Assembly (NCBI RefSeq): GCF_009914755.1
Contig: NC_060933.1
Reading direction: 5' to 3' (one strand)
DNA length: 64,000 nucleotides
DNA from: the human T2T-CHM13v2.0 reference genome, Homo sapiens
In this document: positions 15,662 to 30,700 of the stretch, one piece after another
Position numbering within the stretch: position 1 is the stretch's first letter
Layout: each line of letters opens with the position of its first letter
Notes under the pieces: model-generated
What the model was told of the DNA's origin: nothing
Databases searched by the model: none
The model's input: only the letters and a program-made list of their open reading frames with translations
Translations under genes and position numbers: made by a program

Positions 15662-18600
15662 GTTCGTTCCATTCCGTTCTATTCCGTACCATTCCATTCC
15701 ATTCCATTCCTTTCCATTCCATTCCTTTCCACTCGTGTTGATTCCATTCCTTTCCATTCCATTCGGTTTGAAGAGATTCCATTCCATTCAATTCCATTCC
15801 ATTCCATTCCATTCCATTCTATTCCATTCTATTCCATTCCATTGCAATCGAGTTGAATCCATTGCCTTTCATTCCATTCCATTCCATTCCATTCCATTCC
15901 GGAAGATTCCATTCCATTGCATTCCATTCCATTCCATTCCCCTGCACTCGCGTTGATTCCATTCCATTCCATTCCATTCCATTCCATTCCATTCCGTTCC
16001 GTTCCATTCCATTCCATTCCATTCCATTCCATTCCGTTCCGTTCCATTCCATTCCATTCAATTCTATTCGGGTTAATTCCATTCCATTCCATTCGATTGC
16101 CATCGAGTTGATTCCATTCCATTCCATTCCATTCCATTCCATTCCATTCCATTCCTTTCCATTCCATTACGGATGACTCCATTCCATTGCATTCCATTCC
16201 ATTCCATTCCTCTGTACTCGGGTTGATTCCATTCCATTACATTCACCTCCATTCGGTTCCATTGCATTCCATTCTATTGCATTCCATTCTATTCGGGTTA
16301 ATTCCATTCCATTCTATTCCATTCCATTCGATTCCATTCCATTGCAATGGAGTTGATTCCATTCCATTCCATTCCATTCCGGATGATTCCATTCCATTGC
16401 ATTCCATTCCATTCCATTCCCCTGCACTCGGGTTGATTCCATTCCATTCCATTACATTACATTCCGTTCCATTCCATTCCATTCCATTCGGATTGATTTT
16501 ATTCAATTCCCTTACACTCCATTACATTCCATTCCATTCGGGTAGTTTCCATTCCTTTCCATTCCATTCCTCTCTATTCCATTGCACTCGGGTTGATTCC
16601 ATTCCATTCCATTCCATTCCATTCCATTCCATTCCATTCCATTCCATTCCATTCCATTCCATTCCATTGTACTCGGGTTGATTCCATTCCATTGCATTCC
16701 ATTCCATTCCATTCCATTCCGTTCCATTCCATTACATTACATTCGGATTGATTCTATTCAACTCCCTTACTCTCCATTACATTCCATTCCATTCGGGTTG
16801 TTCCATTCCATTCCATTCCATTCCATTCCACTCCATTCCATTGCACTCGGGTTGATTCCATTCCATTCCATGCCATTCCATTCCATTCCATCCCGGATGA
16901 TTCCATTCCATTGCATTCCGTTCCATTACATTACCCTGCACTCCGGTTGATTCCATTCCATTCCATTCGATTCCATTCGATTCCATTCCATTCCAATTAG
17001 TTCCATTCCAATGTATTCCGTACCATTCCATTCCATTCCATACCATTCCATTCCATTCCATAGCATTCCATTCCATTCAATTCCATTCCATTACAATTCG
17101 TTCCATTCCATTCTATTCCGTACCATTCCATTCCATTCCATTCCATTCCATTCCATTCCATTCCGTTCCATTCCATTCCATTCCATTCCGTTCCATTCCG
17201 TTCCATTCCATTCCATTCCATTCCATTCTATTCGGGTTAATTCCATTCCATTCCATTCCATTCCATTCTGTTCCATTCCATTGCAAACGAGTTGAATCCA
17301 TTGCATTTCATTCCATTCCATTCCATTCCATTCCGAAAGATTCCATTCCATTGCATTCCATTCCATTCCATTCCCCTACACTCGCGTTGATTCCATTCCA
17401 TTCCATTCCATTCCATTCCGTTCCGTTATGTTCCGTTCCGTTCCATTCCATTCCATTCCATTCCATTCCGTTCCGTTCCATTCCATTCCATTCCATTCTA
17501 TTTGGGTTAATTCCATTCCATTCCATTCGATTGCAATCGAGTTGATTCCATTCCATTCCATTCCATTCCATTCCATTCCATTCCATTCCATTCCTTTCCA
17601 TTCCATTACGGATGATTCCATTCCATTGCATTCCATTCCATTCCTTTCCCCTGTACTCGGGTTGATTCCATTCCATTCCATTCCAATCCATGCCATTCCA
17701 CTCGTGTTGATTCCATTCTTTCCATTCCATTCAAGTTGAATCCATTCCATTGCATTGCATTCCATTCGATTCCATTCGATTGCACTCGGGTTGATTCCAT
17801 TCCATTCCATTCCATTCCGTTCCATTCCATTCCATTCCGTTCCATTCCATTCCATTACATTCGGATTGATTCTATTCAATTCCCTTACACTCCATTACAT
17901 TCCATTCCATTCGGGTAGTTTCCATTCCATTCCATTCCATTCCTCTCCATTCCATTGCACTCGGGTTGATTCCATTCCATTGCATTCCATTCCATTCCAT
18001 TCAATTCCATTCCGTTCCATTCCATTCCATTACATTCGGAATTATTCTATTCAACTCCCTTACTCTCCATTACATTCCATTCCATTCGGGTTGTTCCATT
18101 CCATTCCATTCCATTCCACTCCATTCCATTGCACTCGGGTTGATTCCATTCCATTCCATTCCATTCCATTCCGGAAGATTCCATTCCATTGCATTCCATT
18201 ACATTCCATTCCCCTGCACTCGCGTTGATTCCATTCCATTCCATTCCATTCCATTCCGTTCCTTTCCGTTCCATTCCATTCCATTCCATTCCATTCCGTT
18301 CCGTTCCGTTCCGTTCCATTCCATTCCATTCCATTCTATTCGGGTTAATTCCATTCCATTCCATTCGATTGCAATCGAGTTGATTCCATTCCATTCTATT
18401 CCATTCCATTCCATTCCATTCCATTCCATTCCTTTCCATTCCATTACGGATGATTCCATTCCATTGCATTCCATTCCATTCCATTCCCCTGTACTCTGGT
18501 TGATTCCATTCCATTCCATTCCAATAAATGCCATTCTACTCGTGTTGATTCCATTCTTTCCATTCCATTCAAGTTGAATCCATTCCATTGCATTCCATTC

Positions 18601-21600
18601 CATTCCATTCCCCTGCAGTCGGGTTGATTCCATTCCATTCCATTCCATTCCATTCCATTCCATCCCATTTCATTCCGTTCCGTTCCATTTAATTCCATTC
18701 CATTCTATTCGGGTTAATTCCATTCCATTCCACTCCATTCCATTCCATTCCATTCCATTCCATTCCATTCCAATCGAGTTGATTCCATTCCATTCCATTC
18801 CATTCCATTCCACTCCATTCCAGTCCTTTCCATTCCATTCCACTCGGGTTGATTCCAATGTATTCCTTTCCAGTCCATTCCATTCCATTGCAATCGAGTT
18901 GATTCGATTGCTTTGCATTCCATTCCATTCCATTCCATTCCGGATGATTCCATTCCATTGCATTCCATTCCATTCCATTCCCCTGTACTCGGGTTTATTC
19001 CATTCCATTCCACTCCATTCCGTTCCATTCCATTCCATTCCATTGTATTTGGGTTAATTCCATTCCATTCCATTCCATTCCATTCCATTCCATTCCATTT
19101 CAATCGAGTTGATTCCATTCCATTCCATTCCATTCCATTCCATTCCATTCCAGTCCTTTCCATTCCATTCCACTCGGGTTGATTCCGTTCTATTAGTTTC
19201 CATTCCATTCCATTCCCTTCCATTCCACTCTGGTTGATTCCATTCCTTTCGAATCCACTCGAATACATTCCCTCCTATTCCACTCGGAACGATTCCATTC
19301 CATTCCATTCCATTCCATTCCATTCCATTCCATTCCATTCCATTTCTTTCCATTCCATTCTATTCCATACCATTTCATTCCATTCCATTCCATTCCATTC
19401 CATTCCATTCCACTCGTGTTGATTCCATTCCTTTCCATTCCATTCGGTTTGAAGCCATTCCATTCCATTCCATTCCATTCCATTCCATTGTACTCAGGTT
19501 GATTCCATTCAATTGCATTCCATTCCATTCCATTCCATTCCGTTCCATTCCATTCCATTACATTCGGATTGATTCTATTCAACTCCCTTACTCTCCATTA
19601 CATTCCAATCCATTCGGGTTGTTCCATTCCATTCCATTCCATTCCACTCCATTCCATTGCACTCGGGTTGATTCCATTCCATTCCATTCCATTCCATTCC
19701 ATTCCATTCCGGATGATTCCATTCAATTACATTCCGTTCCATTACATTCCCCTGCACTCGCGTTGATTCATTCCATTCCATTCCATTCCACACCATTCCA
19801 TTCCAATCCATTCCATTCCATTCCATTCCATTCCATTCCGTTCCGTTCCATTCCGTTCCATTCCATTCCATTCTATTCGGGTTAATTCCATTCCATTCCA
19901 TTCCATTCCATTCTATTCCATTCCATTGCAATCGAGTTGAATCCATTGCATTCCATTCCATTCCATTCCATTCCGGAAGATTCCATTCCATTGCATTCCA
20001 TTACATTCCATTCCCCTGCACTCGGGTTGATTCCATTCCATTCCACTCCATTCCGTTCCATTCCATTCCATTCCATTGTATTCGGGTTAATTCCATTCCA
20101 TTCCATTCCATTCCATCCCATTCCATTCCATTACAATCGAGTTGATTCCATTCCATTCCATTCCATTCCATTCCATTCCAGTCCTTTCCATTCCATTCCA
20201 CTCGGGTTGATTCCATTCTATTAGTTTCCATTCCATTCCATTCCCTTCCAGTTCGTTCCATTCCGTTCTATTCCGTACCATTCCATTCCATTCCATTCCT
20301 TTCCATTCCATTCCTTTCCACTCGTGTTGATTCCATTCCTTTCCATTCCATTCGGTTTGAAGAGATTCCATTCCATTCAATTCCATTCCATTCCATTCCA
20401 TTCCATTCTATTCCATTCTATTCCATTCCATTGCAATCGAGTTGAATCCATTGCCTTTCATTCCATTCCATTCCATTCCATTCCATTCCGGAAGATTCCA
20501 TTCCATTGCATTCCATTCCATTCCATTCCCCTGCACTCGCGTTGATTCCATTCCATTCCATTCCATTCCATTCCATTCCGTTCCGTTCCATTCCATTCCA
20601 TTCCATTCCATTCCATTCCATTCCGTTCCGTTCCATTCCATTCCATTCAATTCTATTCGGGTTAATTCCATTCCATTCCATTCGATTGCCATCGAGTTGA
20701 TTCCATTCCATTCCATTCCATTCCATTCCATTCCATTCCATTCCTTTCCATTCCATTACGGATGACTCCATTCCATTGCATTCCATTCCATTCCATTCCT
20801 CTGTACTCGGGTTGATTCCATTCCATTCCATTCACCTCCATTCGGTTCCATTGCATTCCATTCTATTGCATTCCATTCTATTCGGGTTAATTCCATTCCA
20901 TTCTATTCCATTCCATTCGATTCCATTCCATTGCAATGGAGTTGATTCCATTCCATTCCATTCCATTCCGGATGATTCCATTCCATTGCATTCCATTCCA
21001 TTCCATTCCCCTGCACTCGGGTTGATTCCATTCCATTCCATTACATTACATTCCGTTCCATTCCATTCCATTCCATTCGGATTGATTTTATTCAATTCCC
21101 TTACACTCCATTACATTCCATTCCATTCGGGTAGTTTCCATTCCTTTCCATTCCATTCCTCTCTATTCCATTGCACTCGGGTTGATTCCATTCCATTCCA
21201 TTCCATTCCATTTCATTCCATTCCATTCCATTCCATTCCATTCCATTCCATTCCATTGTAATCGGGTTGATTCCATTCCATTGCATTCCATTCCATTCCA
21301 TTCCATTCCGTTCCATTCCATTACATTACATTCGGATTGATTCTATTCAACTCCCTTACTCTCCATTACATTCCATTCCATTCGGGTTGTTCCATTCCAT
21401 TCCATTCCATTCCACTCCATTCCATTGCACTCGGGTTGATTCCATTCCATTCCATGCCATTCCATTCCATTCCATCCCGGATGATTCCATTCCATTGCAT
21501 TCCGTTCCATTACATTACCCTGCACTCCGGTTGATTCCATTCCATTCCATTCGATTCCATTCGATTCCATTCCATTCCAATTCGTTCCATTCCAATCTAT

Positions 21601-24600
21601 TCCGTACCATTCCATTCCATTCCATACCATTCCATTCCATTCCATAGCATTCCATTCCATTCAATTCCATTCCATTACAATTCGTTCCATTCCATTCTAT
21701 TCCGTACCATTCCATTCCATTCCATACCATTCCATTCCATTCCGTTCCATTCCATTCCATTCCATTCCGTTCCATTCCGTTCCATTCCATTCCATTCCAT
21801 TCTATTCGGGTTAATTCCATTCCATTCCATTCCATTCCATTCTGTTCCATTCCATTGCAAACGAGTTGAATCCATTGCATTTCATTCCATTCCATTCCAT
21901 TCCATTCCGAAAGATTCCATTCCATTGCATTCCATTCCATTCCATTCCCCTACACTCGCGTTGATTCCATTCCATTCCATTCCATTCCATTCCGTTCCGT
22001 TATGTTCCGTTCCGTTCCATTCCATTCCATTCCATTCCATTCCGTTCCGTTCCATTCCATTCCATTCCATTCTATTTGGGTTAATTCCATTCCATTCCAT
22101 TCGATTGCAATCGAGTTGATTCCATTCCATTCCATTCCATTCCATTCCATTCCATTCCATTCCATTCCTTTCCATTCCATTACGGATGATTCCATTCCAT
22201 TGCATTCCATTCCATTCCTTTCCCCTGTACTCGGGTTGATTCCATTCCATTCCATTCCAATCCATGCCATTCCACTCGTGTTGATTCCATTCTTTCCATT
22301 CCATTCAAGTTGAATCCATTCCATTGCATTGCATTCCATTCGATTCCATTCGATTGCACTCGGGTTGATTCCATTCCATTCCATTCCATTCCGTTCCATT
22401 CCATTCCATTCCGTTCCATTCCATTCCATTACATTCGGATTGATTCTATTCAATTCCCTTACACTCCATTACATTCCATTCCATTCGGGTAGTTTCCATT
22501 CCATTCCATTCCATTCCTCTCCATTCCATTGCACTCGGGTTGATTCCATTCCATTGCATTCCATTCCATTCCATTCAATTCCATTCCGTTCCATTCCATT
22601 CCATTACATTCGGAATTATTCTATTCAACTCCCTTACTCTCCATTACATTCCATTCCATTCGGGTTGTTCCATTCCATTCCATTCCATTCCACTCCATTC
22701 CATTGCACTCGGGTTGATTCCATTCCATTCCATTCCATTCCATTCCGGAAGATTCCATTCCATTGCATTCCATTACATTCCATTCCCCTGCACTCGCGTT
22801 GATTCCATTCCATTCCATTCCATTCCATTCCGTTCCGTTCCGTTCCATTCCATTCCATTCCATTCTATTCGGGTTAATTCCATTCCATTCCATTCGATTG
22901 CAATCGAGTTGATTCCATTCCATTCTATTCCATTCCATTCCATTCCATTCCATTCCTTTCCATTCCATTACGGATGATTCCATTCCATTGCATTCCATTC
23001 CATTCCATTCCCCTGTACTCTGGTTGATTCCATTCCATTCCATTCCAATAAATGCCATTCTACTCGTGTTGATTCCATTCTTTCCATTCCATTCAAGTTG
23101 AATCCATTCCATTGCATTCCATTCCATTCCATTCCCCTGCAGTCGGGTTGATTCCATTCCATTCCATTCCATTCCATTCCATTCCATCCCATTTCATTCC
23201 GTTCCGTTCCATTTAATTCCATTCCATTCTATTCGGGTTAATTCCATTCCATTCCACTCCATTCCATTCCATTCCATTCCATTCCATTCCATTCCATTCC
23301 AATCGAGTTGATTCCATTCCATTCCATTCCATTCCATTCCACTCCATTCCAGTCCTTTCCATTCCATTCCACTCGGGTTGATTCCAATGTATTCCTTTCC
23401 AGTCCATTCCATTCCATTGCAATCGAGTTGATTCGATTGCTTTGCATTCCATTCCATTCCATTCCATTCCGGATGATTCCATTCCATTGCATTCCATTCC
23501 ATTCCATTCCCCTGCACTCGGGTTGATTCCATTCCATTCCACTCCATTCCGTTCCATTCCATTCCATTCCATTGTATTTGGGTTAATTCCATTCCATTCC
23601 ATTCCATTCCATTCCATTCCATTCCATTCCATTTCAATCGAGTTGATTCCATTCCATTCCATTCCATTCCATTCCATTCCATTCCAGTCCTTTCCATTCC
23701 ATTCCACTCGGGTTGATTCCATTCTATTAGTTTCCATTCCATTCCATTCCCTTCCATTCCACTCTGGTTGATTCCATTCCTTTCGAATCCACTCGAATAT
23801 ATTCCCTCCTATTCCACTCGGAACGATTCCATTCCATTCCATTCCATTCCATTCCATTCCATTCCATTCCATTTCTTTCCATTCCATTCTATTCCATACC
23901 ATTTCATTCCATTCCATTCCATTCCATTCCATTCCATTCCACTCGTGTTGATTCCATTCCTTTCCATTCCATTCGGTTTGAAGCCATTCCATTCCATTCC
24001 ATTCCATTCCATTCCATTGTACTCAGGTTGATTCCATTCAATTGCATTCCATTCCATTGCATTCCATTCCGTTCCATTCCATTCCATTACATTCGGATTG
24101 ATTCTATTCAACTCCCTTACTCTCCATTACATTCCAATCCATTCGGGTTGTTCCATTCCATTCCATTCCATTCCACTCTATTCCATTGCACTCGGGTTGA
24201 TTCCATTCCATTCCATTCCATTCCATTCCAGTCCATTCCGGATGATTCCATTCAATTACATTCCGTTCCATTACATTCCCCTGCACTCGCGTTGATTCAT
24301 TCCATTCCATTCCATTCCACACCATTCCATTCCAATCCATTCCATTCCATTCCATTCCATTCCATTCCGTTCCGTTCCATTCCGTTCCATTCCATTCCAT
24401 TCTATTCGGGTTAATTCCATTCCATTCCATTCCATTCCATTCTATTCCATTCCATTGCAATCGAGTTGAATCCATTGCATTCCATTCCATTCCATTCCAT
24501 TCCGGAAGATTCCATTCCATTGCATTCCATTACATTCCATTCCCCTGCACTCGGGTTGATTCCATTCCATTCCACTCCATTCCGTTCCATTCCATTCCAT

Positions 24601-24779
24601 TCCATTGTATTCGGGTTAATTCCATTCCATTCCATTCCATTCCATCCCATTCCATTCCATTACAATCGAGTTGATTCCATTCCATTCCATTCCATTGCAT
24701 TCCATTCCAGTCCTTTCCATTCCATTCCACTCGGGTTGATTCCATTCTATTAGTTTCCATTCCATTCCATTCCCTTCCA
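15662..24779 (+). repeat. Recent tandem duplication, ~4.6 kb x2 (copy 1 15662-20250, copy 2 20251-24779)
   Basis: Rare variants are shared in register: GAAGAGATT 15770/20359, TTCACCTCC 16242/20831, ATTGATTTT 16492/21081, TTGCAAACGA 17281/21855, TTCCGTTATG 17421/21995, CCAATAAATG 18521/23045, GAATCCACTC 19251/23785, TACTCAGG 19491/24020. Offsets run 4589 to 4524 and differ only by multiples of 5. Several identical ORF pairs agree (e.g. 17376..17879 and 21950..22453). Confidence 0.93.
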
Positions 24780-27700
24780 TTCCACTCTGGTTGATTCCAT
24801 TCCTTTCCATTCCACTCGAATACATTCCCTCCTATTCCACTCGGAACGATTCCATTCCATTCCATTCCATTCCATTCCATTCCATTCCATTCCATTCCAT
24901 TCCATTCCGTTCCATTCCATTCCATTCCATTCCATTTCGTTCCATTCCATTCTATTCCGTATCATTCCATTCCATTCCATTCCATTCCATTCCATTCCAT
25001 TCCACTCGTGTTGATTCCATTCCTTTCCATTCCATTCGGTTTGAAGGCATTGCATTCCATTCCATTCCATTCCATTCCATTCCATTCCATTCCGTTCCGT
25101 TCCGTTCCGTTCCATTCCATTCCATTCCATTCCGTTCCGTTCCATTCCATTCCATTCCATTCCATTCCATTCGGGTTAATTCCATTCCATTCCATTCGAT
25201 TGCAATCGAGTTGATTCCATTTCATTCCTTTCCATTCCATTCCATTCCATTCCTTTCCATTCCATTACGGATGATTCCATTCCATTGCATTGCATTCCAT
25301 TCCATTCCCCTGTACTCGGGTTCATTCCATTCCATTCCTTTCCAATCCATGCCATTCCACTCGTGTTGATTCCATTCTTTCCATTCCATTCAAGTTGAAT
25401 CCATTCCATTGCATTGCATTCCATACCATTCCCCTGCAGTCGGGTTGATTCCATTGCATTCCATTCCAATCCATTCCATTCCATTCCATTCCGTTCCGTT
25501 CCGTTCCATTCCATTCCATTCCATTCTATTCGGGTTAATTCCATTCCATTCCATTCCATTCCATTCCATTCCAATCGAGTTGATTCCATTCCATTCCATT
25601 CCATTCCATTCCATTCCATTCCATTCCACTCCATTCCAGTCCTTTCCATTGCATTCCACTCGGGTTGATTCCAATGTATTCCTTTCCATTCCATTCCATT
25701 CCATTGCAATCGAGTTGATTCCATTGCTTTGCATTCCATTCCATTCCATTCCATTCCGGATGATTCCATTCCATTGCATTCCATTCCATTCCATTCCCCT
25801 GCACTCGGGTTGATTCCATTCCATTCCACTCCTTTCCGTTCCATTCCATTCCATTCCATTGTATTCGGGTTAATTCCATTCCATTCTATTCCATTCCATT
25901 CCATTCCAATCGAGTTGATTCCATTCCATTCCATTCCATTCCATTCCATTCCATTCCAGTCTTTTCCATTCCATTCCACTCGGGTTGATTACATTCTAAT
26001 AGTTTCCTTTCCATTCCATTCCCTTCCATTCCACTCTGGTTGATTCCATTCGTTTCCATTCCACTCGAATACATTCCCTCCTATTCCACTCGGAACGATT
26101 CCATTCCATTCCTTTCCATTCCATTCCATTCCATTCAATTCCATTTCGTTCCATTCCATTCTATTCCGTATCATTCCATTCCATTCCTTTCCATTCCATT
26201 CCATTCCATTCCATTCCACTCGTGTTGATTCCATTCCTTTCCATTCCATTCGGTTTGAAGGCATTCCATTCCATTCCATTCCATTCCATTCCATTCCATT
26301 CCATTGTACTCGGGTTGATTGCATTCCATTGCATTCCATTCCATTCCATTCCGTTGCATTCCATTCCATTACATTCGGATTGATTCTATTCAACTCCCTT
26401 ACTCTCCATTACATTCCATTCCATTCGGGTTGTTCCATTCCATTCCATTCCATTCCACTCCATTCCATTGCCCTCGGGTTGATTCCATTCTATTCCATTC
26501 CATTCCATTCCATTCCATTCCGGATGATTCCATTCCATTGCATTCCGTTCCATTACATTCCCCTGCACTCGCGTTGATTCCATTCCATTCCATTCAATTC
26601 CATTCCATTACAATTCGTTACATTCCATTCTACTCCGTACCATTCCATTCCATTCCATACCATTCCATTCCATTCCATTCCATTCCATTCCATTCCGTTC
26701 CATTCCGTTCCATTGCATTCCATTCCATTGTATTCGGGTTAATTCCATTCCATTCCATTCCATTCCATTCTATTCCATTCCATTGCAATCGAGTTGAATC
26801 CATTGCATTCCATTCCATTCCATTCCATTCCATTCCATTCCATTCCATTCCGGAAGATTCCATTCCATTGCATTCCATTCCATTCCATTCCCCTGCACTC
26901 GCGTTGATTCCATTCCATTCCATTCCGTTCCGTTCCATTCCATTGCATTCCATTCCATTCCATTCCATTCCGTTCCTTTCCATTCCATTCCATTCCATTC
27001 TATTCGGGTTAATTCCATTCCATTCCATTCGATTGCAATCGAGTTGATTCCATTCCATTGCATTCCATTCCATTCGATTCCATTCGATTGCACTCGGGTT
27101 GATTCCTTTCCATTGCATTCCATTCCATTCCATTCCATTCCATTCCATTCCATTCCGTTCCATTCCTTTCCATTATATTCGGATTGATTCTATTCAATTC
27201 CCTTACACTCCATTACATTCCATTCCATTCGGGTAGTTTCCACTCCATTCCATTCCATTCCTCTCCATTCCATTGCACTCGGGTTGATTCCATTCCATTG
27301 CATTCCATTCCATTCCATTCAATTCCATTCCTTTCCATTCCATTCCATTACATTCGGAATGATTCTATTCAACTCCCTTACTCTCCATTACATTCGATTC
27401 CATTCGGGTTGTTCCATTCCATTCCATTCCATTCCACTCCATTCCATTGCACTCGGGTTGATTCCATTCCATTCCATTGCATTCCATTGCGGAAGATTCC
27501 ATTCCATTGCATTCCATTCCATTCCATTCCCCTGCACTCGCGTTGATTCCATTCCATTCCATTCCATTCCATTCCATTCCATTCCATTCCGTTCCGTTCC
27601 ATTCCATTCCATTCCATTCAATTCCATTCCGTTCCGTTCCATTCCATTCCATTCCATTCTATCTGGGTTAATTCCATTCCATTCCATTCCATTCAATTCC

Positions 27701-30700
27701 ATTCCGTTCCGTTCCATTCCATTCCATTCCATTCTGTTCGGGTTAATTCCATTCCATTCCATTCCATTCCATTCCATTCCATTCCAATCGAGTTGATTCC
27801 ATTCCATTCCATTCCATTCCATTCCACTCCATTCCAGTCCTTTCCATTCCATTCCACTCGGGTTGATTCCAATGTATTCCTTTCCATTCCATTCCATTCC
27901 ATTGCAATCGAGTTGATTCCATTGCTTTGCATTCCATTCCATTCCATTCCATTCCGGATGATTCCATTCCATTGCATTCCATTCCTTTCCATTCCCCTGC
28001 ACTCGGGTTGATTCCATTCCATTCCACTCCATTCCGTTCCATTCCATTCCATTCCATTGTATTCGGGTTAATTCCATTCCATTCCATTCCATTCCATTCC
28101 ATTCCATTCCATTACAATCGAGTAGATTCCATTCCATTCCATTCCATTCCATTCCAGTCCTTTCCATTCCATTCTTCTCGGGTGGATTCCATTCTATTAG
28201 TTTCCATTCCATTCCATTCCCTTCCATGCCACTCTGGTTGATTCCATTCCTTTCCATTCCACTCAAATACATTCCCTCCTATTCCACTCGGAACGATTCC
28301 ATTCCATTCCATTCCATTCCATTCCATTCCATTCCATTCCATTCCATTCCATTCCAGTTCGTTCCATTCCGTTCTATTCCGTACCATTCCATTCCATTCC
28401 ATTCCTTTCCATTCCATTCCTTTCCTCTCGTGTTGATTCCATTCCTTTCCATTCCATTCGGTTTGAAGGCATTCCATTCCATTCAATTCCATTCCATTCC
28501 ATTCCATTCCATTCCATTCTATTCCATTCCTTTGCAATCGAGTTGAATCCATTGCCTTTCATTCCATTGCATTCCATTCCATTCCATTCCGGAAGATTCC
28601 ATTCCATTGCATTCCATTCCATTCCATTCCCCTGCACTCGCGTTGATTCCATTCCATTCCATTCCATTCCATTCCGTTCCGTTCCATTCCATTCCATTCC
28701 ATTCCATTCCATTCCATTCCGTTCCGTTCCATTCCATTCCATTCCATTCTATTCGGGTTAATTCCATTCCATTCCATTCGATTGCCATCGAGTGGATTCC
28801 ATTCCATTCCATTCGATTCCATTCCATTCCATTCCATTCCATTCCTTTCCATTCCATTACGGATGACTCCATTCCATTGCATTCCATTCCATCCCATTCC
28901 CCTGTACTCGGGTAGATTCCATTCCATTCCATTCCACTCCATTCGGTTCCGTTGCATTCCATTCTATTGCATTCCATTCTATTCGGGTTAATTGCATTCC
29001 ATTCTATTCCATTCCATTCCATTCCATTCCATTGCAATGGAGTTGATTCCATTCCATTCCATTCCATTCCGGATGATTCCATTCCATTGCATTCCATTCC
29101 ATTCCACTCCCCTGCACTCGTGTTGATTCCATTTCCTTCCATTCTATTCCATTCCGTTCCATTCCATTCCATTCCATTCTATTCCGGTTAATTCCATTCC
29201 ATTCCATTCCATTCCATTCCATTCCATTCCATTACAATCGAGTTGATTCCATTCCATTCCTTTCCATTCCATTCCATTGCCTTGCATTCCACTCGGGTTG
29301 GTTCCATTCCTTTCTTTCCTCTCCATTACATTCCCTTCCATGATTGATTCCATTCCATTCCATTCCATTTCATTCCATTGCAATCCATTCCAATCCATTC
29401 CATTCCATTCCATTCCATTCAATTCCATTCCATTACAATTCGTTCCATTCCATTCTATTCCGTACCATTCCATTCCATTCCATACCATTCCATTCCATTC
29501 CATTCCATTCCATTCCGTTCCATTCCGTTCCATTCCATTCCATTCCATTCTATTCGGATTAATTGCATTCCAATCCATTTCATTCCATTCTATTCCATTC
29601 CATTGCAATCGAGTTGAATCCATTGCATTTCATTCCATTCCATTCCATTCCATTCCATTCCGGAAGTTTCCATTCCATTGCATTCCATTCCATTCCATTC
29701 TATTCCATTCCATTCCCTTCCTTTCCGTTCCATTCCATTCCATTCCATTCCTTTCCGTTCCGTTCCATTCCATTCCATTCCATTCTATTCGGGTTAATTC
29801 CATTCCATTCCATTCGATTGCAATCGAGTTGATTCCATTCCATTCCATTCCATTCCATTCCATTCCATTCCTTTCCATTCCATTACGGATGATTCCATTC
29901 CATTGCATTCCATTCCATTCCATTCCCCTGTACTCGGGTTGATTCCATTCCATTCCATTCCAATCCATGTCATTCCAGTCGTGTTGATTCCATTCTTTCC
30001 ATTCCATTCAAGTTGAATCCATTCCATTGCATTCCATTCCATTCGATTCCATTCGATTGCACTCGGGTTGATTCCATTCCATTGCATTCCATTCCATTCC
30101 ATTCCATTCCATTCCATTCCATTCCGTTCCATTCCATTCCATTACATTCGGATTGATTCTATTCAATTCCCTTACACTCCATTACATTCCATTCCATTCG
30201 GGTAGTTTCCATTCCATTCCATTCCATTCCTCTCCATTTCATTGAACTCGGGTTGATTCCATTCCATTGCATTCCATTCCATTTCATTCAATTCCATTCC
30301 GTTCCATTCCATTCCATTACATTCGGATTGATTCTATTCAACTCCCCTAGTCTCCATTACATTCCATTCCATTCGGGTTGTTCCATTCCATTCCATTCCA
30401 TTCCATTCCACTCCATTCCATTGCACTCGGGTTGATTCCATTCCATTCCATTCCATTCCATTCCGGAAGATTCCATTCCATTGCATTCCATTCCATTCCA
30501 TTCCCCTGCACTCGCGTTGATTCCATTCCATTCCATTCCATTCCATTCCATTCCATTCCATTCCAATCAGGTTGATTCCATTCCATTCCATTCCATTGCA
30601 TTCCATTCCATTCCACTCCATTCCAGTCCTTTCCATTCCATTCCACTCGGGTTGTTTCCAATGTATTCCTTTCCATTCCATTCCATTCCATTGCAATCGA

